From Candidatus Brocadiia bacterium (GTDB taxonomy: Bacteria; Planctomycetota; Brocadiia; CAIUPP01): 64,000 nt of DNA. Shown piece after piece: positions 10,291-20,417 of the stretch. The stretch covers positions 121,581 to 185,580 of the forward strand of contig JBEKCB010000006.1 of assembly GCA_050015075.1 (NCBI GenBank). Direction: 5' to 3'. The position numbers and the translations under genes are program-made. The notes beneath the pieces were generated by a model, which was not told the origin of the DNA, searched no databases, and saw nothing but the letters and a program-made list of their open reading frames with translations. Within the stretch, counting starts at the first letter, position 1; every line of letters starts with the position of its first letter.

Positions 10291-10319
10291 ACCAAAGCCC
10301 GCGCACCGACAGTTCACGG

Positions 10320-11333
10320 TCAGGCCGACCGCGCCTCCCGAATCCGCTCCTCGGCGAACTCCATCATCTTCATCCACTTCACCCGGCCGGAGAGGTGTTT
10401 TTCAACGCGTTGCACGACGAGCTGGAGAGATTGGAAACCTTTTCGCGCGCCGTTGGAGAAGAGCGTCTGCCCGTGGGCATGGAAGACCAGGGGCGAGCCC
10501 GTCGAGAGCAGGTCAACGAGCCGGCCGCTCTTGCCGTCGGCCGAGATAAAGTAGTCGGCCATCTTTTCGATGTCCCCGCCGCCGTAGAGGCTCTCCCAGA
10601 ATGGCTCGTCGGCTCGCACCGCGCTGGTGGCCGAGACGACGTATTCGCCCTTCGCCTCGTCCGCGATCATCACGGGCGAGTTGATGGGGTTCGTCGCGCC
10701 GTCGGCGTTCAGAAAGTAGAAGGTCCGCGAGATGCCGCATGCAGACTTCATCGCCTTCAGGACCGCGCGGGCGTAAAGATCTTCGCTCCCGCCGAAGCTG
10801 CACGGCTGCGTGATGCCCGTCGGCCGGATGCCGACCCTTTTCAGGATTCGCAGCGCCTCGGCCATGTATTCCGCCAGCGCATCCTCGCTCTGCTGCGCCA
10901 TCCACTCGTGCTCCGTGATCGGCAGGAGCCGGCGTTCCTTGATGTTCCAGGCCATCGAGTGCGTGAGGATTTCGGGCGTGATGTCGAAGCGCGGCGAGAT
11001 CTCCTCGCGCACCAGCGCGATCAGCTCCGACAGCTCCGCCGCGCTGTACCCCTCGACCCGCTCGTCAATGCACCCCAGGCCCGCCGGGCAGGGCAGGAAC
11101 GTGAACTTGCCCTTCACGCCGGCCGACTTTGCCCAGCGAATGAAATCCCGCCAGAAACCATTGGGGATGATCTTGCTGGGCTCCTGATCGCGCCATCGCT
11201 GCACCCACAGGCCGAACGCGCCGCTCGGCGGCTGGCCGATGCCCATCTCCTCCGGCTGGCGGCGAAGCCAGTACGACGCGTTGATCGGCGAGTCGTCAAC
11301 GATGAATGAGATGGGGATGCGCGTTTGGGCCAT
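10320..11333 (-). CDS. Hypothetical protein, polysaccharide-deacetylase-like fold possible
   Basis: AAAGGAG RBS before ATG 11333; N-terminal ISFIVDDS and EILTHS motifs. Confidence 0.65.
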   Translation of the reverse strand: MAQTRIPISFIVDDSPINASYWLRRQPEEMGIGQPPSGAFGLWVQRWRDQEPSKIIPNGFWRDFIRWAKSAGVKGKFTFLPCPAGLGCIDERVEGYSAAELSELIALVREEISPRFDITPEILTHSMAWNIKERRLLPITEHEWMAQQSEDALAEYMAEALRILKRVGIRPTGITQPCSFGGSEDLYARAVLKAMKSACGISRTFYFLNADGATNPINSPVMIADEAKGEYVVSATSAVRADEPFWESLYGGGDIEKMADYFISADGKSGRLVDLLSTGSPLVFHAHGQTLFSNGARKGFQSLQLVVQRVEKHLSGRVKWMKMMEFAEERIREARSA

Positions 11334-11440
11334 GACATCTCCTTTGCTGGTTTGCGTTCGAGCGGTATTCCGCCGACTCTTCGCATGCTTACTTATCATT
11401 TGTCGTTTCGCGGATCAACTCAGGATTGCCGGGGACGCAA

Positions 11441-11586
11441 GGGGCTGTTGAAAAAACGCTCCTTGTCATTCCCGCGAAGGCGGGAATCCAGGAACGCGCA
11501 CCGAAGCGCTGGATTCCCGCTTGCGCGGGAATGACCGAGTGGCGATCGCAGCGGACTTGGGCTATCCTGCGTCTTTTCAACAACAC
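11441..11586. mobile_element. MITE-like element carrying a dRS3/RPE-type palindrome pair
   Basis: Ends ggggctgttgaaaaa / cttttcaacaacac; internal GTCATTCCCGCGAAGGCGGGAATCCA ... TGGATTCCCGCTTGCGCGGGAATGAC. Confidence 0.65.
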
Positions 11587-11622
11587 TACAGTCGCCTGTT
11601 TTTTCGCCTCGCATCCCCAACT

Positions 11623-12459
11623 TCAAGCACGTGCGAGCGGCTCGTCGCCCACTTGAGCGATCAAACGCCGCGCGTATTCGACCGCGTCCAATTCGAGGTC
11701 GGCAATGCAGCTCGCCAGAAAGATCAAGCCTTCCACTCGTCCTGTCCTCAACCACTCAAGGCCCAGGCGGCATTGATGCTCCATCGCAGCCATCGGCATG
11801 GGCGCGCAGGCCCCGAAATCCCACATGTACAGGCCCAGCACCTTCCGCTTCTGCGGCGATAGTTCTTCGAGCCGGCGGAAGTTGCTCTCGAGGGCCTCGA
11901 GTTCCCTGGCCTGCCATGTCCAGAACGTGATCACGTCCACCGCGTCGAGGTGTTTCTGTATCGGCAGTGCAAGGCTCCGGGAATACGCGACGACGTACAG
12001 GTCCAATGGACGCCGGGCGGAGTGCAGTCGGCGTCTGAAGCCTTCGACCTGTTCCGCCGTGAAGCGCCCGGGAGCGGCCGGGTCATTGCGAAAGAAGTCG
12101 TCCATGATCCCGCCTGTCACGTTGGGGAAATCCTCGGCCAGGGCGATGACTTCCTGCACGTCCGGCTGACGATCGTTGTCTTGCGAAGAGGAGTCCCCGA
12201 TAATGGACCACACAATGCGTTTCAATGGGCGCAATGGAATAGCGTGCGGCCGGAATGGCGGCATCGGCTGGTTCGCGAACCGCACGATCATGATATTGGG
12301 GATTCCCATGTAGAATGCGCCCTCGGCCGGCGTCATGCGGGACATCCCCGGCAGGTTCCAGCAATTGTCCCGATGCCGATGGAAGCATCCGGCTTCCTGC
12401 CCCCAGATCCACAGAGCGTCACGAATCGTTCCTGTCTTCGCGCCGCCTTTCGCTTTCAT
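11623..12459 (-). CDS. Hypothetical protein (PNVTGGIMDDFF motif)
   Basis: Clean ORF with GGGAGA RBS, co-oriented with the upstream URO-D-like gene. Confidence 0.75.
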   Translation of the reverse strand: MKAKGGAKTGTIRDALWIWGQEAGCFHRHRDNCWNLPGMSRMTPAEGAFYMGIPNIMIVRFANQPMPPFRPHAIPLRPLKRIVWSIIGDSSSQDNDRQPDVQEVIALAEDFPNVTGGIMDDFFRNDPAAPGRFTAEQVEGFRRRLHSARRPLDLYVVAYSRSLALPIQKHLDAVDVITFWTWQARELEALESNFRRLEELSPQKRKVLGLYMWDFGACAPMPMAAMEHQCRLGLEWLRTGRVEGLIFLASCIADLELDAVEYARRLIAQVGDEPLARA

Positions 12460-12489
12460 CTGTTCTCCCTTCAGCCCGGAATCCTCGCC

Positions 12490-13650
12490 TCACCGGAACG
12501 TCTCGCGCATCCGGTCACAGTAGTAGCGCACGAGATCCCATTTCGCATCCGGGGCGAGGCGATGGTCCGGGCACGGGATGAAGCCGCCGAGCGCAACCAG
12601 CGGCTTGAGGCGCTCAATCTCGGCGTCCAAGGCTGCCTGGTCGTGGGCGAAAACGGTCTTGTTCATTCCGCCCACGCCCTTGACGGTCCGCCCGTACTGC
12701 TTTCGCCAGGGCGCCAGGTTGCCGTTCCACGTTCCCACTTCGATTGGGAACATGGTATTCACTCCGTTCTCCAGCCAGACCGGCAGCAGCGCGTCAATGC
12801 AGCCATCGCAGTCGAGTGAAACGATGTCCAGGCCGTAGCGACCCGCTAAGTCCGTCAGGCGACGGTAGTGCGGGCCGATCTTCGCGCGGAAGACCCTGGG
12901 CGAGATCAGCGGACCGTTCTTGAAGCAGATGTCCTCCCAGAAATGCGCGAAGTCGAACCGTGCGCCGGCCTTCAGCGCGTATTCGCAACTCCGATAGCAC
13001 AGGTCCGCTACGGTTTCGACGATCTCGTCGAAAAGCGTCTCATCGTCGGCCTGAAGGTAGCACGCGCGCTCGATGCCGAGGATATCCCGGATGTGTCCGA
13101 AGAGGCTTCCGCAGTGGAGGCCGTAGACGAAGTCGCGCGCCGGGGTTGCGCGCTGAAGAGCCGACAGGCCGCCTTCGTTCCAACGCATGACGCCGGAACT
13201 GCCGTTGACCTGGCAGCCGGTCACGCGCTCCTCGGACCAGGCCAGCCGCCACTTGTAATGCTCTTCCCAGGAGGCGCGGTCCTTGAGCAGGTGGTCCACT
13301 TCCGCCGGGATGCCGGAGGTCTCCGGCTTCTGGACCACTACGGTCCCGATATTGGTCAGGACGTGCCTCGTTCCATCCGGGAACTCGCGGAGCACTTTCG
13401 ATTCGAAAGCAGGGTTGAGGAGATTGTTCGGGTACAGGACGCTCTGCCAGGTCATGTCGAAGCCCAGCCGCGCGCCGATGGTCCTGTCCATCGGGGAGCC
13501 GTCGCTCCAGCTCCGCGCCTCCTCCTCGGTAATGTGTCCCTCTTTGGCCCACTTCAGGAGCGTCTCGTCCCAGAAGCCGAAATGAACCAGCGGCATCCGG
13601 TCATAGGGTTGAAAACGCAGGACGGCCAGAGCGCGTTCGCGATTGGTCAT
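12490..13650 (-). CDS. Uroporphyrinogen decarboxylase/MtaA-CmuA superfamily protein
   Basis: MTNRER start, WEDICFKNGPLISP, DCDG, GGFIPCPDH. Confidence 0.85.
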   Translation of the reverse strand: MTNRERALAVLRFQPYDRMPLVHFGFWDETLLKWAKEGHITEEEARSWSDGSPMDRTIGARLGFDMTWQSVLYPNNLLNPAFESKVLREFPDGTRHVLTNIGTVVVQKPETSGIPAEVDHLLKDRASWEEHYKWRLAWSEERVTGCQVNGSSGVMRWNEGGLSALQRATPARDFVYGLHCGSLFGHIRDILGIERACYLQADDETLFDEIVETVADLCYRSCEYALKAGARFDFAHFWEDICFKNGPLISPRVFRAKIGPHYRRLTDLAGRYGLDIVSLDCDGCIDALLPVWLENGVNTMFPIEVGTWNGNLAPWRKQYGRTVKGVGGMNKTVFAHDQAALDAEIERLKPLVALGGFIPCPDHRLAPDAKWDLVRYYCDRMRETFR

Positions 13651-13832
13651 GACGCCGGCATCTCCTTGAGGGACATGGAACACTTCCGGGAGTTTCGGCA
13701 GGAAATCTCCCTTCGCTGGTCAGCCTGACGAGCACTCACAAGAGCCCTTTCGCAAAAATGCGCGAGCGGAGAGACGATCCACTGAAAGTCAACCGGCTGA
13801 AAGCCGGTGGGATTCGACCCGGTGCACGGAAC

Positions 13833-15041
13833 CTAAACGAGATTCAGCCCATACCAGGGCGTCGGCAGCGGGAAAGCCGGTTGCAGTTTTTCGATGACGG
13901 AGGCCGATCCCTCGAAGGCGGGCGGATTCGAGTCCGGCGCGCCGAAGAGGAACCGCGCCACTTCCGCGCGGCCGACGATGCAGGCTTCGTCCGGCCCCAG
14001 CGCGATGTGCAGCCGGTCGCCGGCGCCGGAACGCGAGCCGGGTCCCTCGCCCGATTCGGAGAACCGGAGCGCGCTTCCGGCGAGCGCGGGTCCGCAAATG
14101 CTGTTAATGCGCGGCCGGAGCTTCTCCATGCACGCGGCCATGCGCAGAGGCAGGAAAGTCCCGAAGGCCGTTTCCAGTTTTCCCTCGGAGCGCGCGGCGG
14201 CCGCAAACGCCTCGCGTCCGGCCAAGTCCCAGTCGCCGACGTGCGCCTCGACGAGCGGGACGCCCATTTTCGACGCCGCCTCGGGCAGGGCGCGCGCGGC
14301 GTCCATCCGGTCGCCGGCGAATTCCGCCAGGAGCGTGGCCTGCTTTTCCGGGCGCGGCTCCTGGATGACCAGGTACGCGCTGAGGCGCTCCGACCTGAAC
14401 AAGCCCCAGAAGCGCGCCTTCCAGTTCATGACGAAGCGGTTTTTCGCCGCGCGCAGCCAGGTGTCGCGAGTGCGCAGAAAGCGCACCGGCTCGCGCTCGT
14501 AAAGCGCCGCCGCGGCGGGCTCGTCCGCAAGGGAGATCTCCCGGATGGTCAGATCGGCCGGCACCGATCTGCGCGTTCGACCGGGCTCACGGCAGGCCAC
14601 CTCAGCCGTCAAAGGGCCGCCGGCGGCGACTTGGTAAACCCATTCTCGGCCCACGGCGGCTGAGCCGCGAGAGGTGTAGAGGCCCCGGCCGCCGGAAATC
14701 CAAGCGAGATCGTTCCCCTCGCGCGCCGCCTGGTCGAGCGCGAAATCCAGACAGCGCGTCGCGCAGCCTCTGCCGCGGCATTCCACCGCCGTCGCGACCA
14801 ACCCGACGAGTGCCAGCGCCAGCGGCACCCCTTCAAACGAAATATGCTCCGCCGCCATCCCGACGTGCGAGACGATATCGCCGCCCTCGGTAATCACGAT
14901 CAACCGTCCAACGTTGGCTTCGTTCAGGACCTGCGGGAACTCTTCACCGATGTCCGCCGGAAGTCCGGCGTGGTACATGCGGTTCATGAAACGGACCAGC
15001 GAGGGAAGTTCCTCGGCGCGGATCGGGCGCGGTCCTTCCAT
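13833..15041 (-). CDS. GNAT family N-acetyltransferase (Eis-like)
   Basis: VGLVATAVECRGRGCA acetyl-CoA motif A; GAGGA RBS before ATG 15041. Confidence 0.8.
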   Translation of the reverse strand: MEGPRPIRAEELPSLVRFMNRMYHAGLPADIGEEFPQVLNEANVGRLIVITEGGDIVSHVGMAAEHISFEGVPLALALVGLVATAVECRGRGCATRCLDFALDQAAREGNDLAWISGGRGLYTSRGSAAVGREWVYQVAAGGPLTAEVACREPGRTRRSVPADLTIREISLADEPAAAALYEREPVRFLRTRDTWLRAAKNRFVMNWKARFWGLFRSERLSAYLVIQEPRPEKQATLLAEFAGDRMDAARALPEAASKMGVPLVEAHVGDWDLAGREAFAAAARSEGKLETAFGTFLPLRMAACMEKLRPRINSICGPALAGSALRFSESGEGPGSRSGAGDRLHIALGPDEACIVGRAEVARFLFGAPDSNPPAFEGSASVIEKLQPAFPLPTPWYGLNLV

Positions 15042-15384
15042 TGATCGGTCCTCTCCATCAAAACTTCGGGTTGCCTGAATGGCGGCATCTTCAGCCGCCT
15101 GGCAGCGCCTTGGATGGCGTTTGGTCGCCAGCCATCTTCCGGCCGACAGCATTGTACGCTCATGTAGCCCGCTTTCAAGCGGCATCGCAGATGCTTGGGT
15201 TCGTTTTTTCGGATAGGCTTATCGAGCCGAGCGTTCTTTCAGCGGCCTGCCCGCGATGGCGTCATGAAAGCGAGCAGTTTGCCGGCATGCGCGGCCGGTT
15301 CGACATCATTCCGGCCCGTTGCGGCCCCATGGCGACGGCATGGCGGCGGCATGAAAGCGGCATAGCTATCAGGAATAGTCTGAT

Positions 15385-15400
15385 TGTTCCACGTGAAACA
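15385..15400. other. parS centromere-like site
   Basis: TGTTCCACGTGAAACA exactly matches the TGTTNCACGTGAAACA consensus; intergenic. Confidence 0.85.
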
Positions 15401-15560
15401 ATTTATAAAACATCTTATGTTCCTGCCGGGATTTCGGGGGCGCTGCGCGAGAGTTGACCACGGAGGGCGTCAGCCGGTACAGTGTCGTCGCCATGGCGGA
15501 ATCGGGCCAACGCCAGTTGTGAGATCAGCAGGCAGGCGCTCATCGAGGCGGACCGGACTT

Positions 15561-16694
15561 ATGAACAGGCGCGAGCGGCTGACGGCGACGCTGGAGGGCC
15601 GGCCGGTGGATCGGCCGCCGGTGAACTTTTACGAGATCAACGGCCTCGACGAGGACCCCGCGAACACGGACCCGTTCAACATCTATTCCCACCCGTCCTG
15701 GAAGCCGCTGCTCGACCTGGCCCGCGAGAGGACCGAGCGCATCGTCATGCGGTCGGCCCATTTCCGGAACCTAGGCCCAAGCCCGCTGGACGATGCGACG
15801 GCGACGAGGACCGAATTCGAAAACGGCAGCCGCATCACGACCCGGACGGTGCGGGCGGGCGCGCGCACGCTGACCTCGCGCAGCCGCCGCGACCCGGACG
15901 TGAATACCACGTGGGTCCTGGAGCCGCTGCTCAAGGACGCCGAGGACATCCGGGCGTGGCTCCAGATTCCGGCGGACGAGCGCGCCGGCGAGGTGGACGT
16001 TCAGCCGATCCTCGACGCGGAGCGACAGTTGGGCGACAGCGGTATCGTCATGCTGGACACAGCCGACCCGCTCTGCCTCGCAGCGGGGATGTTCGACCTG
16101 GGGCAGTTCACCGTCCTCGCCCTGACGGAGCCGCGGCTGTTCCATCGCCTGCTCGAGTGGCACGCCCGCGCGCTGTGGCGTCGGACCGAAGCGGTCGCCG
16201 AGACGCTGCCCGGCCGGCTGTGGCGTATCTTCGGGCCGGAATATGCCTCGCCGCCCTACCTGCCGCCCGCGCTTTTCCGCGAGTACGTCATCCAGTACGA
16301 CGAGCCGATGGTGCGGGCGATCCAGCGGCGCGGCGGCTTCGCACGGATCCACTGTCACGGCAAACTGAAGGCGATCCTGAACGCCATCGCGGAGACCGGC
16401 TGCACAGGGCTCGACCCGATCGAGCCGCCGCCCCAAGGCGACGTGGAACTCGCCGAGGTCCGCCGCGCGTACGGCCGCCAGTGGGTTCTCTTCGGCAACC
16501 TCGAGGCCAGCGACATCGAGAACCTGAACACCCGCGATTTCGAGCGGAAGGTCCGCAAAGCGATCGTCGAGGGAACCTCCGGAGAAGGCCGCGGCTTCGT
16601 GCTAATGCCCTCCGCCTGCCCGTATGGCCGAAGGCTGAGCGACCTGGCGCTGCGGAATTACGAGAAGATGGTCTCCGTCGTCGAGCAACTGTGA
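15561..16694 (+). CDS. Uroporphyrinogen decarboxylase/MtaA-CmuA superfamily protein
   Basis: MNRRERL...GRPVDRPPV start, IHCHG, GNLE, FVLMPSAC. Confidence 0.85.
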   Translation: MNRRERLTATLEGRPVDRPPVNFYEINGLDEDPANTDPFNIYSHPSWKPLLDLARERTERIVMRSAHFRNLGPSPLDDATATRTEFENGSRITTRTVRAGARTLTSRSRRDPDVNTTWVLEPLLKDAEDIRAWLQIPADERAGEVDVQPILDAERQLGDSGIVMLDTADPLCLAAGMFDLGQFTVLALTEPRLFHRLLEWHARALWRRTEAVAETLPGRLWRIFGPEYASPPYLPPALFREYVIQYDEPMVRAIQRRGGFARIHCHGKLKAILNAIAETGCTGLDPIEPPPQGDVELAEVRRAYGRQWVLFGNLEASDIENLNTRDFERKVRKAIVEGTSGEGRGFVLMPSACPYGRRLSDLALRNYEKMVSVVEQL

Positions 16695-16719
16695 AGCGAA
16701 CCTGGTCGGGAGACGGCGA

Positions 16720-17901
16720 GTGAAGAAAGTCGCGGCGCTTGCGCGAAAGAAGACGCTGCGGGTTGCCGGGCTGATGTCCGGCACGTCGGCGGACGGCGTC
16801 TCCGCGGCGATTGTCGAGATCGCGTCCCGCCGCGTCCGCACGCTGGCGTTCCGCACGTTCCCGTATCCGCCGAGAATCCGGAAGCGCGTTTTCGCGCTGT
16901 TCCAGCCGGGGACGGCGCGGCTGGACGAGATCTGCCGGCTGAATTTCCTCCTCGGCGAACTGTTCGCCGCGGCGCTGATTGCGCTCGCGAGATCGAGCCG
17001 GATACCGCTCCGCTCGATTGACCTGGTCGGCTCGCACGGGCAGACGATTTGTCACCTTCCGCAGGCCGGACGGTCCGGCCGGCGGAACGCGGGCTCGACG
17101 CTCCAGATCGGCGAGCCGTCCGTGATCGCCGAGCGGACCGGGATCACGACCGTGGCGGACTTCCGCCCGCGCGACATCGCCGCCGGCGGCCAGGGCGCGC
17201 CGCTGGTCCCTTACGCCGACTTCCTGCTCTTCCGCCATCCGCGCAGGAGCCGCGCGATCCAGAACATCGGCGGCATCGCGAATGTGACGTGGCTACCGGC
17301 GCGGCCGAAGATCGGCGACCTGATCGCATTCGACACCGGGCCGGGCAACATGATGATGGACCGCATTGCCCAGCGGATAACGCGCGGCAAGCAGGACTAC
17401 GACGACGGCGGCTGGCTGGCGCGGCGCGGACGCATTGACGCGTCGCTGCTGGCCGAACTGCTGGCGCATCCTTTTCTTCGGCGTCGGCCGCCCAAGTCCA
17501 CCGGCCGCGAGGAATTCGGAGTCGCGTTCGCCGATGAGCTTTTCCGGCGCGCGAGAAGTGCCGGCGTCGCGCCGCTCGACATCCTGGCGACGCTCAACGC
17601 CTTCACCTCGGCGAGCATCCGGGATGCGTATCGGCGCTTCCTGCCGAAGTGGCCTGACGAAGTGATCCTCTGCGGCGGCGGCGCGCGAAACCGGCTGCTG
17701 GTGCAGCGGTTGAAGGCCGACCTCCGGCCGGCGAAGGTGGTCGTGATGGACGAACTCGGACTCCGCGCGGACGCGAAGGAGGCCGTGTCGTTCGCGCTCC
17801 TCGCCCGCGAGACGATCCGCGGCGTGCCGAACAATGTGCCGTCGGCGACCGGCGCGCACAAGCCCGTCGTTCTCGGTAAGATAGTTCCGGGGAACCGATG
17901 A
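16720..17901 (+). CDS. anmK: Anhydro-N-acetylmuramic acid kinase
   Basis: GLMSGTSADG, GSHGQT, GGQGAPLVP, NIGGIAN, FDTGPGN, PPKSTGRE. Confidence 0.95.
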   Translation: MKKVAALARKKTLRVAGLMSGTSADGVSAAIVEIASRRVRTLAFRTFPYPPRIRKRVFALFQPGTARLDEICRLNFLLGELFAAALIALARSSRIPLRSIDLVGSHGQTICHLPQAGRSGRRNAGSTLQIGEPSVIAERTGITTVADFRPRDIAAGGQGAPLVPYADFLLFRHPRRSRAIQNIGGIANVTWLPARPKIGDLIAFDTGPGNMMMDRIAQRITRGKQDYDDGGWLARRGRIDASLLAELLAHPFLRRRPPKSTGREEFGVAFADELFRRARSAGVAPLDILATLNAFTSASIRDAYRRFLPKWPDEVILCGGGARNRLLVQRLKADLRPAKVVVMDELGLRADAKEAVSFALLARETIRGVPNNVPSATGAHKPVVLGKIVPGNR

Positions 17902-18812
17902 AAACGCTCAAGGACCGCGCAAGGCTGACGACGGAAAAGCGGAACGTCCGCAGCCGGGAAATTGACCGGCGCTCCACGCTGGAGATCGTGGCCATCATCA
18001 ACCGCGAGGACATGCAGGTTGCGCCCGCTGTGGCCAGAGAGCGGAAACGGATCGCGGCGGCCGCGGACCTCATCGTGAAGAGCTTCCAGCGCGGCGGGCG
18101 GCTGTTCTACGTCGGAGCGGGGACGAGCGGGCGGCTCGGCGTGCTCGACGCCTCCGAATGCCCGCCGACGTACGGCACGCGGCCGTTCATGGTCCAGGGA
18201 ATTATCGCCGGCGGCGCGCGGTCGCTCCGGCGCGCGGTCGAGGGCGCGGAGGACGACGCCGAGGCCGGCGCGCGGGCGCTCGACCGGAGAAGGCTCAAGC
18301 CGCGCGACGTGGTCGCGGGAATCTCCGCCTGCGGGCTGGCGCCGTTCGTGCGCGGGGCGATGGAGCGCGCGAGGCAGATCGGCGCGGCCACCATCTTCGT
18401 GACCTGCGCGCCCGAGGCGAGGAAGCTGCTCCGCGCGGACGTCGTCATCAATCCAGTCCCCGGCCCCGAAGTCCTCGCCGGCTCCACTCGCATGAAGGCG
18501 GGCACCGCGACCAAGCTCGTACTCAATACGCTGACGACGACCGCCATGATCCGCTGCGGCAAGGCGTACGGCAACCTGATGGTGGACGTGCGGGCCGGAA
18601 GCGAGAAACTGCGCGACCGCGCGGAACGGATCGTCATGGCGGTGACCGGCGTCGCCCGCCCGCGCGCGAGGCGGTTGCTGAAGAAAGCTCGCGGCCGCGC
18701 GAAGGTCGCCATCGTCATGCAGGCTCGAAAGATCGGTTTCGACGCCGCCGTGAAACTCTTGAAGCAGGCCGGCGGCTCGCTCAGGTCCGCCTTGGAGAAC
18801 CAGCCGAGATGA
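17898..18812 (+). CDS. murQ: N-acetylmuramic acid 6-phosphate etherase
   Basis: GAGTSGRLGVLDASECPPT, GSTRMKAGTATKLVLN. Confidence 0.95.
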   Translation: MKTLKDRARLTTEKRNVRSREIDRRSTLEIVAIINREDMQVAPAVARERKRIAAAADLIVKSFQRGGRLFYVGAGTSGRLGVLDASECPPTYGTRPFMVQGIIAGGARSLRRAVEGAEDDAEAGARALDRRRLKPRDVVAGISACGLAPFVRGAMERARQIGAATIFVTCAPEARKLLRADVVINPVPGPEVLAGSTRMKAGTATKLVLNTLTTTAMIRCGKAYGNLMVDVRAGSEKLRDRAERIVMAVTGVARPRARRLLKKARGRAKVAIVMQARKIGFDAAVKLLKQAGGSLRSALENQPR

Positions 18813-20290
18813 TCGCGCCAACGGCCGAGTCCGCGCCGGTCAGCACGCTCGCGCCGCTGGATTTTCTGGTCGTCGGCGTCGCTCTGGCGCTGCTGGGACT
18901 GATCGCCTACGTGGCCGGTCGCAAGGAAAAGGACACGCGCGATTTCTTCCTCGGCGGCCGCAGCGTGCCCACCTTCATTGCGACGCTGTCGTTCGTCGCC
19001 GCGGAAATCAGCGCGTTGACCGTGATCGGCGTGCCCGCCGTCGCCTACTCGGAGAACTGGCATTATCTCCAGTTCTTCGTCGGCTCAGCGGCCGGGCGAA
19101 TCTTCGTGGCGTTCCTGTTCATCCCGGTGTTTTACAGGCACAACTGCACGACGGTTTTCGAGTTCCTGCGGGACCGGTTCGGCGCGGAAACGGAGTACGC
19201 CGGCTCGGCGTTCTTCTTCATCACACGGCTGCTCGGCGCCGGCGTTCGGCTCTACGCGGCGTGCCTGGGCATCTCGCTCATCATGGGCTGGAGCCTCGCG
19301 CAGGCCATCCTGGTCTTCACCGCCATCAGTATCGCTCTCATCGGGTTCGGCGGGATCAAGGCGGTGGTCTGGACGGGCGCATTCGAGGCGTGCGTCTTCT
19401 TCCTCGCCGGCGCGCTCGTCGGGAGCTGGCTGCTCCTGCACATTGACGGAGGGCTGGCGGAGGCGTGGCGCGTCGCGGGCGCGTCGGGGCGGCTCAGCGT
19501 GTTCAACTTCAAACGCGACCTGGGCGACCCCACGACGTTCTGGGCCGGGACGGCGAACGCGTTCTTCGTGAGCCTGGCCGTTTTCGGGGCCGACCAGGAA
19601 CTCGTCCAGCGCTTGCTCACCGTTCGGACGCGGCGTTCCTCGCAGAAAGCGCTCATCTCGACCATTCTCGCCGCCCTGCCGCTGCTGTGCTGCTATCTTT
19701 CGCTCGGCACGCTGCTCTTCGTCTTCTACCAGCAGCGCGGCCAGCCGGCGCTCGGCAAGCCCGACGAAATCCTCGGCTGGTGCGTGACGCACACGCTGCC
19801 GGCGGGGCTCAAAGGACTGGTGCTCGCCGCGATCGTCATGACCAGCATTGACTCGCCGTTGAGTTCGCTCTCCACCTCCTTCGTCACGAACCTGTACCGC
19901 CCGCTGATCCACAAGTCCGGCTCGGAGAAGCATTACTTGTGGGTCTCGCGCGCGGGCATCCTGGGCTTCGGGCTGATCCTCATCGCCCTGGCGCTGGCGT
20001 GCCGGTCGGTCGAGAAGGCGCTATGGCTGGCGTTCCAGATCGTCAGCATCCTCAGCGGCAGCACGCTGGGCGTTTTCCTGCTCGGCATTCTGACGAAGCG
20101 GCGCTCAAACGCCGCAAATATCGTCGCGATGGTCCTCAGCGCGTTGACCTGCGCGGAGCTGTTCTTCCTCTCCGCAACCGGAGCCATTTCGCTCGGCTGG
20201 AGCTGGCTGATCGTGATCGGCACGGCCGAGACGTTCGTGCTGGCGTATCTGCTCGGCCCGGCGATGGAGAGTGAAGTTCCGCCGGCCTGA
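18809..20290 (+). CDS. Sodium:solute symporter (SSS family)
   Basis: DFFLGGRS, SFVAAEISALT, DQELVQRLL, many TM helices; ATGA overlap with murQ. Confidence 0.88.
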   Translation: MIAPTAESAPVSTLAPLDFLVVGVALALLGLIAYVAGRKEKDTRDFFLGGRSVPTFIATLSFVAAEISALTVIGVPAVAYSENWHYLQFFVGSAAGRIFVAFLFIPVFYRHNCTTVFEFLRDRFGAETEYAGSAFFFITRLLGAGVRLYAACLGISLIMGWSLAQAILVFTAISIALIGFGGIKAVVWTGAFEACVFFLAGALVGSWLLLHIDGGLAEAWRVAGASGRLSVFNFKRDLGDPTTFWAGTANAFFVSLAVFGADQELVQRLLTVRTRRSSQKALISTILAALPLLCCYLSLGTLLFVFYQQRGQPALGKPDEILGWCVTHTLPAGLKGLVLAAIVMTSIDSPLSSLSTSFVTNLYRPLIHKSGSEKHYLWVSRAGILGFGLILIALALACRSVEKALWLAFQIVSILSGSTLGVFLLGILTKRRSNAANIVAMVLSALTCAELFFLSATGAISLGWSWLIVIGTAETFVLAYLLGPAMESEVPPA

Positions 20291-20417
20291 TCAGCGGCCG
20301 AACGCCCCGCGCTTTGCTTATACGCCCATGGAAGGTATAATATACAATGTGGCGGTTTGTGACGCGCATGGCCCCGGTCGTGCGGGAAATTCCGGATTCA
20401 AGTTGAAGGGATGGCGG

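Noticed and set aside
13791-13811. aaccggctgaaagccggtgg hairpin as an IS200/IS605 end
   Set aside because: A single short hairpin with no transposase; at most a REP-like element or terminator
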